From positions 67,394,001 to 67,458,000 of the forward strand of contig NC_043000.1 of the NCBI RefSeq assembly GCF_006345805.1: a DNA stretch of 64,000 nt. Reading direction: 5' to 3'. Source of the DNA: Octopus sinensis. Its lineage: Eukaryota. Every line of letters begins with the position of its first letter. Positions within the stretch are counted from its first letter, which is position 1. The position numbers were made by a program, and so were the translations under genes. Positions 52,936 through 64,000 of the stretch are shown piece by piece. The notes under the pieces were generated by a model. It saw only the letters and a program-made list of their open reading frames with translations, was not told the DNA's origin and did no database searches.

Positions 52936-53545
52936 GATATCGTTGATATTGTTGTTTATCCCCCATTCAAGCCAACTCCGATAAAACAAGATTATAATCA
53001 AATGCCTTAAGCCTAAACCTAACTCTAACACTAATCCTAATCCTAACCCTAATTGCCTATTGAAAGGTATTTTTTATGAATATCATCACCTTCGTTTTTT
53101 TTAATCGATGATATTCATAAAAAATACATCTGAATAGTGATCTGAAAGAAATCAGACAGGTATTTTAAACAGATCGAGCGACCACTTAGAGATGTTGTTG
53201 TTATTACTGTTTTTTTTTTTCTTTGGTACGTAGTAAAACGGTTCGAATCGCACAGACTAATGACTATAGACGTTCTAGGGAAAAGTATGTTTACGCTAAC
53301 CAATACAGGTACAACAACGATTTTCCTGAGCCTCTTATAATTCGCAGTAATTTACTCTGATGTCCAGATACCTGTATTTCATTTAATTATTTAAATAAAT
53401 TTAGTATTTGTTTACTTTAGAGTTCATTGATCAAGGTAACAAACCCTGGTTCAGAAAAATCAGTAACCCGGAAATGTTTTGGAATCGATGTTGAACATGG
53501 ATATCATTTTCTTTATATGGTAGAATATGATTTCAACAGAACTTC

Positions 53546-53665
53546 GTGGACTGGAGCAGCGTGAAATAAAGTGTCCTGTTCAAGGACACAATGCGTCGCC
53601 GGGAATTGAACCCTCGACCTTGCGATCTTAAACCGAATACCCTAAATACTAAGTCACGCGCCTTC
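53546..53665 (-). mobile_element. SINE family C variant 2, head only
   Basis: Reverse complement matches 13226-13345. Confidence 0.7.
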
Positions 53666-54090
53666 ATGTGATCATATAGAGACTCCGTTATTGGCTCTTA
53701 CAAGAAGTTATAATTTTAAGGTACGAAATATAGTCACGACGATAGTGGTGGTGGTGGTGGTGGTGGTGGTGGTGGTGGTGGCGCTATGGTAACTGACGTT
53801 TACTCCAGATTCCAAAAATACTTCGTTAAACATTTCTTAAACCTATCACAAATTATTCCTATAGTTCGCAATAGTAATTTGACAGAGGTGAAGTCATTAA
53901 CGTTAAAGAGTTTAAGAGTTCCCTTTACGACCACAAGGCTCTGACTTCGATCTCAATGCACGTGTACATTAGGTATCTGTCATGATTCTACTCTAGCCTA
54001 CGGTTGGCTTGTGACTTGTGAGAGAAATTTGATATCTGGAAACTGGACGGCAGCCCGTCAGGTATATATATACATATATGCATCTGTCTG

Positions 54091-54155
<65 letters not shown>

Positions 54156-54766
54156 AGAAAGATAAGTGAGTACATAAATACATAATACATATATATATTT
54201 ATATACTAACTAGTGTATCTCTGTTGTGTTGTGTGTGTGTGTGCGTGTGTGTGTGCGTGTGTGTTTGTGTGTGCGTGTGTGCGCGCGCACGTGCAAGTGT
54301 GCTTGTCAGTGTTAATGCTATAAGTAGGTGTATCGAGTTGCTTCACATTATATCATAAACGTAACGAAGTTTTCGATAAATAGAATCTATAAAACAAGTA
54401 CCAGGCTGAAACAACTACCGGGGTCAATATGATAGAAGAAAACCCATGTGCTTTGTGCTACATTACAATAAGGCCACATTCGAGTGACTGAAACCAATAA
54501 AATATTAAAAGAACAGAAAATTTTCTTTGATGACCATAATTGTAATCTCACGCTCGATGGCTTGATATTTCTTAAGTTACTTTTGGTTACTCGTTTCCAG
54601 TACAATCAGTTCTAGATACCGCAATGACGATACTTTCAAATAATTATGCATTTAACATTTTTATTTTATTTTAGCTACTAAAGCAGTTTCTAATTTCTAT
54701 TGTATACTAGCACCGAATTTTAAAACCATGGCAACATTTACAATGTAAGACCGAATTATATTAGAA

Positions 54767-55237
54767 TAGCGTCTTTCAAATAGGGCTCCTTGGAATCCTA
54801 AGCTTCAGTGAGAAATCGCTAGGGGGCTCCGTGAGAAATAAGCAAATTATATGCAAATTACAGTAATTTCTGTATTAAATTCTATATTCGTACTTTTATT
54901 ATACACACATGGCATATTTCCTAATAGTAACAATATCATCCAGGTATCTGTATGTAATAAGGATTCTAACAAAAAAAAATCGATTCCTTAATAGGGAATT
55001 GTAAGGGAATTCTAAGTGTAGTCTTGGTTAAGATGAAATTTCTGTCGTCTGACGGATTTAGCATTGCCAAACCTTCTAAAGGCGGTTTTGTGATTTGCTT
55101 AATCTCTCGTAAAATTTAATTTTATGAAAGAAAAAGAAGTGAGTGCATAAATTATTTAATAATTTTATGTAGGGCTTTCCTAAAACATGGAATATATTTC
55201 AAAGGTTCTCTGAGAGTAAAACGGTTGGGAAATACTG
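54767..55237. mobile_element. Decayed hAT (Charlie-like) MITE
   Basis: Ends TAGCGTCTTTCAA and GGTTGGGAAATACTG, GGGG.TCC subterminal motifs, imperfect 8-bp flanks TATTAGAA and TACCAGAG. Confidence 0.45.
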
Positions 55238-56961
55238 TACCAGAGGGATGGTGTTGATATCATATCGTTGCCCTTTCCAAGCATTTTCTATAGGAAAACA
55301 GGTGTAATATTGATTTCAAGCATTGGCACAAGCTTAGGAAATCTGGTGAAATGAACAGTTGAATTACACGTTACAAATGCATTACTGGTTCTTATTTTAT
55401 CGACGCTGAAATGAAGAAAGCGAAGTTGATACGGCGTAATTTGATCTAATGACTCTGCCAACAATTTTTAATTCAAATAGTGGCAGAAGGGCACGTATTG
55501 AGGAGGAGAGGTTGAGAGTGTACGCGATTAATCAACCTTGGCAAAGTTAACGTCGTCAGGATTTGAATTTTGAACGAATCTAAATACTGTAAAGAAGATT
55601 TTTCGATACTCTAACCAATCCCCCGCCCTTATAATCCGTGTATGTTAACATGTCTTATCTTATATCATATCTCAGCTGGTTTACAACATACTCTTATCAA
55701 GATATATTACGCATTCACTTCCCCTGGTCACATTTTTTCCGAATGGTGATTCAGTGGCCTTATCTATCTCCATGGAACTAAATATCATGTTTCCAGAGCC
55801 TCTTCTTCTGCTGCAAAGATCAATGCAAAAGTCTTTTGATTTAATTTTATTAAGCACGATCACAGATCTCTCGATCCATATTTTTTCAAGATATCTCTCC
55901 AATTCGTCAGATGCTATTGATCTTTCTGTCTTAACTATTCCAGCCTTCAGCAGTATTTCCACACAATTTGCCTAACATTGTATAGATTCTTCACAAGCAA
56001 TTACACCGTTTCCTCATTTTATACGAGGTATATAAATCCTATCAGCCTTACATCTGGGATTTAATGTTCCATATATGTTCGTTCCATTATGTTCTGTTTC
56101 ATTCGCGTTTAGGATTTCTCTGCTATTCATAAAAAATATATAGGTTAATAACTAGAATTTAATTTAATTAGCTTTGATTTATGCACTTAATTCAGCCACC
56201 GTTCCTTTCTAAATATTTGTATTGGCCATTTTTATGTTTATATGCTTATATAAATGATATTTACCAAATTTAGATTTCTCAGTTGTTTTGCTAAGGCATT
56301 ATCTGAAGTTTCTGACATGCCAATAACAGTGAAACAGTCGTTGCGCATTATTCACATATGTGACTTGACTGTTTGTTTTCCTTTATTCCCTTTTCTTTCT
56401 TTCTTTTCTTTTCATTTTCTTTTTTTTTTTTTTTTGGTAGGGGTGTGTGACTTTCACAAGAAACCTTTGAAGGACCGCTCTTCTTAGGGAGCCACCTATC
56501 TTTTTGCTGCAGCAGCTCCTTAAATCGCTAATGTTCTGTTTGCAAACATCGTCTCAAAATGTTTCAGTCTGAATTGTTTCTATTGTATCATTATTGATCT
56601 ACAACCTTGCATGTAAACCTCTTTGCAGTAGAGCTGGGATCTTCCTGTAGATCGTTTTCCTTCAGAATGAACATACATACATACATACATACATACTACA
56701 TACATACATACATACATACATACATGCATGCATACATACATACATACATACATACATGCATGCATACATACATACATGCATGCATGCATACATACATGCA
56801 TGCATACATATATACACACATACATACATATAATTCAAATGGTTGGTATACTTAAAGGCGCGGCGCATTACCAATGAGTATGGATGCGTTAAGTCAGTTC
56901 TATATTCAACTCTTTTCTCCGACGTGGTTAGACACCAGAGAGGCTAGAATGCATCGTGGCG

Positions 56962-57288
56962 TATAAAGAAAAAGAACAAAGAAAACACAATCAGCGTTGA
57001 TACTTATATAATGTACAGGTGTTTCGTGAGATTGGCAAGCATAAATTAAAAGAGCATAAAGTCCAATTACATGGATAAATGCTATCGAGCCCGTTCGTAG
57101 GCATTACTCAAAGGGCCCCGTGTTTCCTCGTGTTGTATTTTGTTGAGTAATGCTGATGAAGGAGACCAATGGCATTTGTTTATGTAAATTGTCTTTATGC
57201 TCACATAAATGATGTCTGCCAATCTCATGAAACACGTATACATCATATAAAACATTAATACTGATTACGTCTTTTGTGTTCCTTATAT
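56962..57288. repeat. Inverted repeat whose arms carry hammerhead-like motifs (PLE pLTR-like)
   Basis: Arms 56962-57111 and 57143-57288; the plus arm reads ATG-CTGATGA...GAAA-CACGTA-TA-CAT. Confidence 0.75.
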
Positions 57289-57879
57289 ATCAGTGCATAT
57301 AGTCATTTCTGCTTGAGAATTGTGAACATATTCGCTGCATCATGAAGTTGATACATTTGTTTCTATAGAAAATGTCGAAAACAAATTTTCTTAGTACAAA
57401 TCGTTTTGTCCGCTTATCTAGTAGAAGCATAAGTTCCAACCTCTCTGCCTTACAGAAATATGGACATGTTTCAGGTTTTGTAACCGAGATCTTTGTAAAT
57501 AAATCTACTTCTTGTTGGACTATACATATTTCATATACAGTCAAGATATATGTTAACTATACCATAGCATATATGCTTCCTGAAACACATCACCTGTAGT
57601 ATTTTCTTATCTACTAAAAACATACGGAATGTAATCCCAATATTATATTTGCTTAAAGAATTAGTATCTATTTGTTATATACTGACAACGTGCTTTACAA
57701 TTCGAAAGAGCTTTACACATAGATACGTGTATAAATGCATGTATGTATGATCTTCCTTTGAGTTCTTTTCAAGAGAGTTCAAACTAACAAAGCGACAAGA
57801 CTTTTTGAATTAAGAGAACTCTCGCTGTTTATAAATAAGTGATTGAGATGATGTGTTGCTTGAGCTGTCGACACACACA

Positions 57880-58410
57880 CCCAAATGTGTGCATCTACAG
57901 AATCTCAGTTACGAATCTTTGAAATGTCTTACAAATCTTCACTATGCCACTAATAGTTTGGATTTAGAGAATCCGAGCCAGTATCTTTTGCTTCGAAAAA
58001 CCTAGTATGTTTGGGTTTTTGTGTAAATGTGTAGGTACATAGCTTAAAGCACCTAAGATAATAGGTACAAATTTGAATTTATAGTCAAGGTACAAGAGGT
58101 GTAAGTTCCGTATTAATTCACCGTAAATGTTCTCTTTTTCCAGAACTTTTGATGGCTCATTCACAAATGCTGGGCCGTTAAGCTCCAAAGTAATGCATGA
58201 CTTTTTTTCCCGTCCATCAGAATATCTGGTCTGTTATGTTTGCATCGAACTGATGTTTTTATCGGGGTATTCCATCAGTATTTCTTGTTTCTATAGGTGT
58301 AAATACCTGCTGGTTCTGACATGTCTTTGATTAATACGTCAGCACAATCATTCCTGCGAATAGTCACTGTAAACATATCATGCCTCAAGGGCAGGTAGTA
58401 TCTAGAAGTA
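57880..58410 (-). mobile_element. RLE retrotransposon C-terminal fragment of a distinct family
   Basis: YYLPLRHD, KHNRPDILM and EKENIYGELIRNLHLLYLDYKFKFVPIILGAL. Confidence 0.7.
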
Positions 58411-58420
58411 TATATGTATT

Positions 58421-58623
58421 CTTTACTCTTTATATTGTTTCTGTCATTTGACTGCGATCATACTGGAATATTGCCTCAAAGATTTTTAGCCAGTACTTAT
58501 TTTTTTAACGCATTATACAATCAGTTTCTTTTGCTGAACCACCAAGTTACGGGGATATAAACATACCAACACTGGGGGGGGGGGGGTACACACATAGATA
58601 CAAAGGCACGCACAGACATAGAT

Positions 58624-58656
<33 letters not shown>

Positions 58657-58820
58657 CGACAGGCTTCTTTCAGTTTCCACCAACCAAATCCGCTCACAAG
58701 CCTTTGGTCAGCCCGAGGCTATAGTAGAGGGTACTTGCCCAAGGTGTCACGCAGTGGGACTGGACCCAGAGCCATGTCGTTGTGAAGCAAGCTTCTTATC
58801 ACACAACCACGCCTGCACCT
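58421..58820 (-). mobile_element. Full SINE family B
   Basis: Reverse complement of head, microsatellite and tail. Confidence 0.85.
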
Positions 58821-58994
58821 GCGTGGTCAATAAAATAATTACTAGTTGAGCACTGGGATTAATGTAATAGATTATACCCCTCACACAAACGTTCATATTC
58901 ATATATAAATGTATGAACGTAAGCACGCACGTACAAAGACACATTTGTCTACCTCCGCAAAAAATACTGTCTTTTCACCAAAATTTGAAAGAAA

Positions 58995-59049
<55 letters not shown>

Positions 59050-59064
59050 GCTGTTGTTGTTGTT

Positions 59065-60315
59065 GTTATTATTCCTTCGTAACACAGTGTAGGTAAAAAT
59101 GCACCGGAGTCTTTAATCATCTGTCAAGTCACAACAAGGACCTGAGACACATAATATTTTTCTTATGATGTACGCTGTACCCAATAAGGCTGCTTTTTGC
59201 AAGATATCAATCTTGCATAGAATTTCCTGAAGTTTCAATGGGATTGGGCCCAACGCTTCGATCACCACTGGTATCACTTTTACATTACCCTCTCGCATTC
59301 CATACAGTCTTGCCATTTCCAGTTTCAATTCGGAGTATTTGGTGATCTTTTCAACCACTTTACTCACAACATTTATGTCATTTGCTATAGCTACATCAAT
59401 GATCTGACAGTATTTGTCTCTCTTGTTCAATAGGACAATATCCGGCCGACGGTGTTCGAGTACACGATCCGTCTGAAAATCATAGTCCCAGAGTATCGTT
59501 ACTTTTCTATCCTTCTGCATAACTTTACTTGGTACATGCTCATACCAGTTCTCTGTTACTTCATATTGGTATTTAAGTCATAAGAGCCAATGAAGATACA
59601 CACACAGTTTATTGTGGCAGTGTTTGTATTCTTTTTGTGCAAGGCTCTCATATCCACTTACCAAGTGGGTCACATTTTCCACACTCTTTCCACAGAGTCT
59701 GTATTTCTAGGTGCCAGAAGTTTTGTAGATGTTATACTTCACTGAATTGGTAGCGAGAGTCTGGTCTTGTGCAGCAATGATCAGGCTTTCGGTGGTACGC
59801 TTCAAATCACCTCACTCAAACCATGCCCACAATACTGTATTATCCTTAACGTCTTGTGTATTCCTTTCAAACTGTCCATGCATTCTCATTTCAATGTCTT
59901 TTCTCTTCTCCTCAGCTCTTTGGTTAAACTCTTCCTTGCCCATCATTTCACCCATATCTTTCGCGGCATATTGCAGCAGATCTTCATCACTTTTTATCGA
60001 ATACTCGGCAAGCGTTCTCCTTTCACTCCTTATACAATGGTCTATACCAATTAGTCCTTTGCCACCATTCTTTCTTTTCATATACAGTCTGTTTACGTTT
60101 GCTTTAGGATGTAGTGCTCCATGCAGCGTCATCAACTTTCTCGTCCTTCTATCCAGTGTTGATATTTCCTCCTTAAGCCATTTGAGGATGGACACGCTAT
60201 ATCTGACCATCGCAACAACCCAGATATTCCTTGCGGTAATCAAATTTTTGGCATTCATGTTGGATTTCAATACCATCTTCACACTGTTTTGATGCGCCTC
60301 GCTGACCTTGACCAT
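59065..60315 (-). mobile_element. 5'-truncated R4/Dong-like element in (AAT/AAC)n
   Basis: LHPKANVNRLYMKRKNGGKGLI, MHGQF, AAQDQ, HRRPDIV, IDVAI, KYSEL, LQKAALLGTA. Confidence 0.92.
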
Positions 60316-60351
60316 ATTGTTATTATTATTGTTGTTGTTATTATTATTATT

Positions 60352-62484
60352 ATTCATTATTTGTATAACGTGCTTTCATTGCACTACCGAGAGCAGCTTT
60401 GTGTGCCTTGGGTATGTGCTTTTGTTTGTTGTGACGTTCTTATTTTCACTGTATTGAAAGCGTTTTACGTAGGATATGTGCGGTGCCTAATAATGCTGTT
60501 TTCTGCATGTAATATATACTTTAAGTCCTGGTGTTTTAGTTATGCGTCTACTATGATAGGAATTGTATCTGTTTTTAGGCTCCACATTCAAATTACCTCT
60601 ATTTCCAGATCTTTGTATTTTGAAAGTTTCTCCGTTTCTTTTAGAGAAACATTGTCATCTGTTGGTATTGATACATCGTTTAGGAAGCATTTATTTTCTT
60701 GGTGATCTCTGGCAACTATATCCATATCTATTGTTCTTAACTTTTCTGTGTGTATTGGTATATCCCAGAGTATGGTTGCTTTCGCATTTTCTGTGACCTT
60801 ATCTGGCGTGTACCTATACCATCTTTTTCTGTTGTTATTCCTTAGTGTTAGCATAACTTCCAGAATACATAGGTCCCAACTCTGTCGTGTTTGAGAATAT
60901 ATTCCTTCTTAGCCAGGACTGGGCAGCCAGGGACAATATGATTTATTGTTTCTTCTCCATCTCCACATATTCTGCAGTTACTTGTATTTCTTTTCATTAC
61001 ATGTTTTTGGTAATTTCTGGTGGGAAGGCTTTGATCTTGTGCTGTAATTAAAAATCCCTCAGTCTCTGCTTTCAGTCCTGAGTTTCTCAGCCATTGTTGG
61101 GATCTTGCTTTGTCTATTTCTTTTCTGTTTAGTTTAACCCAATATTTGCCATGAAGGTGCTTTTCTTGCCATCGTTTTATCATGATAGTTGCTGTCCCAG
61201 TTTTAGTTTGGATTTCAGTTGTTTTACAGCTTTTGTTGTTTCTTCTTTTTCTTCAGAGTTGTTCGGTACTGTGGCTTCTTTTTTTGTATTTGTCAGCTTC
61301 CTTAAAGACTGAAAACAGTTTTTTGTTTCGTTCCTGTTTTGTGGCTATTTGCATTAAATTTCCTTGCATCTGAAGTAGGTATTTTTGTAGTCCTATGGTG
61401 GTTATTTTGTAATAGTCTTCTAGCTGTATAAGGCCTTAACCACCTTCTATACGTTGTATATATAGCCTTTCTATGTTACATTTTAGATGGTGCATCCTAA
61501 ATCCTGTCATTATTTTTCTTGTTTTCCTGTCTATTTTATTTCTTTTTTATTTTCTCTTTCATTTGTGTGTGTATTGTATTGTTCATTGATCCCTAAGTAT
61601 TTGTATGACTGGTTTTGGCCTAATTCTCTTTTCATTTGCTTTATCTAGTGTGATGTTGCTACTAGTTTTCCTCTTTTCAAGGCTGCTTTGGCATATGTTT
61701 CTAAGCCAAATTTCGTGTCTATTTCGTGGTAATTCCATATACTGTCTGTAGTAAAGTTTCCAGCTGTTTTCTCATTTGTAGCGTACCGTGGTAGAGCATC
61801 CATATACAAGAGATGGTTGATTGTTTTGCCATAACAGCTGTATCCACACCCAGTTCTATTTAGCATATCAGATAAAGGTGTCAGTGTCAAGCAGAAAAGG
61901 AGTGGAGAGAGCGTGTCTCCCTGGAATATTCCTCTCCTAATGGGGATGGCTTTGGTTTGTATGAGTCCTTTTATCTGGAGCTGTAACACTGTCTGCCATT
62001 TATTCATGGAATATTTATATATTTTATGATTATTGGTGCTACCTTGCTCACGGCTAGTGTTTCTAGGATCCATGTGTAGAAGATACTATCAAAAGCCTTT
62101 CGGCAATCGATTCAGGCTATACTTAGTCCAGTCTTCTTTCTACGACTGTCTTCAGTTGTGGCTTTATTGATCAGTAGCTGATCTTTACAACCGTATCAGC
62201 CCTTGCAGCATACCTTCTGCTTTTCTGGAAACAGTTTGTTTTCTTCCAGATGCCCATTGTCTGCGATATTATTCCAGTAAAGGTTTTGTAAATTGTAGGG
62301 TCTATAATTTTCGTTTCAGTGGATTTGGGAATTAGGATAGTTTTCCCTTCTGTGAGTCATTCAGGCATTGTCTCTAACTCTGCTAATATTTCATAAAATT
62401 TCCAGCCAGCTTTTTATGTGTTCTTATTAGGTATTTTGACTAGAAGTTGGGGATCTTGTCGTGCCGGGGTGTCTATTTAGTGCC

Positions 62485-62485
<1 letters not shown>
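60352..62485 (-). mobile_element. R4/Dong-like element with RT and RLE, same family as 36772-37675, frameshifted
   Basis: RGIFQGDTLSPLLF, INHLLYMD, YKYLG, CRICGDGEETINHIVPGC; shares the 3' UTR CACATACCCAAGGCACAC; (TTA)n on both sides. Confidence 0.95.
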
Positions 62486-62537
<52 letters not shown>

Positions 62538-62571
62538 TTATTATTATTATTATTAATATTATTATTATTAT

Positions 62572-62918
62572 TGAGTGAGAGAACAGTTCATGCCATCAAA
62601 GTGACACCGGGGTAAAATATACGAAGCCCAATATACCCATCATGACTACCCGTCTGATAAAGGTACACCAGGCACGTGCATCACAACCATATGTGCGCGA
62701 CATGGTGATCTCATATCAAGATAAACAGCACATGACCTTGCAGGTGGGGCCCAGTTAGAATTTTCTTCAGGTTGAGTAGCCCATCCCGCTCAAAAGGTTC
62801 CTGAATAAGGGTTGTTTAAGAATGTTGAAAGAACCACCCATGTTTCCAGAGGTGAATTATTCAAACCCTAAAGAATCCCTCTCAACACATGGCTATGATG
62901 CTCCCCCACTACTTCTGC

Positions 62919-62919
<1 letters not shown>
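62572..62919 (-). mobile_element. Family D element, copy 3 (shortest)
   Basis: Aligns with 34656-35000; (TTA)n on both sides. Confidence 0.75.
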
Positions 62920-62997
<78 letters not shown>

Positions 62998-63224
62998 CAT
63001 CATCATCATTGTCAGTGAACAGGTCGCGGTCTTATAGCGACGAAAATATTTTGAAAAATTAAACTTAAATGTTGAAGTGAATCGAACGGCTTTTGTGTGT
63101 TTCTTAAATGGCTTACAAACACCTTCCACGCTGCAATTGTTTTCGTTCCAGCACACGATCTCAGATCAAATCACTTGCTATGCAAATACATCTCCGTAAT
63201 ATTTTTATTATTATTATTTAGTGC

Positions 63225-63385
63225 GTCGAGAAAATGCTTAGCGGCATTTGTTTCTTCCATTTATGTTCTGAGATCATTTTTCGCTGAGGATAACTTTGCC
63301 TCGTAGACGACAAAATAAGTACCAGTCAAATACCTCCCCCTTCCTCTGAAACTTGCTGTTCTTGTGACAAAATTCGAAAGAATTT
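63225..63385 (+). mobile_element. SINE family A, decayed
   Basis: AAATGCTTAGCGGCATTT..ACTTTGCC..AAAATAAGTACCAG..AAAATTCGAAAG then (GTT)n. Confidence 0.6.
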
Positions 63386-63691
63386 TTGTTGTTGTTGTCG
63401 TCGTCGTTGTTGCAGTTGTCGTTGTTGTTGTTGTTTTGCTGCAAATAATATTATTGAAAACATTACTAATTTTCACCTTTATACAAAAGAGTTTTGTGTT
63501 TCCTTATTCGTTTTTGTGATTCGCATGAATCTCTATATATTCCATCAACGCTTAAATAACTTCCAGGTCTTATCGGCTGGGTAGTATGACATTACTGAGG
63601 TTGTAATTGCTGCTGATGCTGCTGCCGATACAGTTGTAATTATTGTTGCTATTGTTGTTCCTGCTGCTCTTGTCACCGTTGTTGTTGTTGT

Positions 63692-63738
<47 letters not shown>

Positions 63739-64000
63739 GTGGTGGAGGTGGTGGTGGTGGTGGTGGTGGCGGTGATGATGATGACAATGGTGGTGGTGGT
63801 GGTGATTCTGCTGAATTCCAATTCAACCTTTAAGTTAACAGATACGTGATCTGAGATATTCTAGTCGTTCCGGTCGTTTTCTTAAGGGTATCTTGGACTA
63901 CATTATCGAATGTGTTCTTTCCATTTTCAGATAACAAGAGTGTGGGATAATTTCTACCTTTCGTAGCAGGTGAACACTTTGCCTACCAAACCTATTTAGT

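Noticed and set aside
55681-55962. 93-aa ORF as an exon or LINE ORF1 N-terminus
   Set aside because: No diagnostic motif and no splice evidence

Overview
Eukaryotic, AT-rich, microsatellite-dense intergenic or intronic DNA. The repeat families and the (AAT)n/(CA)n/(TATG)n load suggest an octopus-like cephalopod genome; this is an inference, not a search result. I find no host gene, rRNA, tRNA gene or CRISPR array, and most listed ORFs are translations of simple repeats. The window is a stack of transposable elements: R4/Dong-type RLE retrotransposons piled into (AAT)n tracts (34-42 kb and 59-63 kb), a HERO-type element, decayed Tx1/L1- and CR1-like LINEs, several Penelope-like elements (PLEs), mariners, non-autonomous Helitrons and at least three tRNA-derived SINE families. 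The best candidates for something undescribed are: (1) an (AAT)n-centred nest in which SINE tails appear to provide targets for Dong-like elements and for a ~550-bp non-coding passenger element; (2) several hammerhead-ribozyme-like motifs in PLE-type terminal repeats, some in large palindromes; (3) a composite SINE that carries a Tx1-LINE-like 3' tail. I cannot establish novelty without database searches. Boundaries of decayed elements are approximate.
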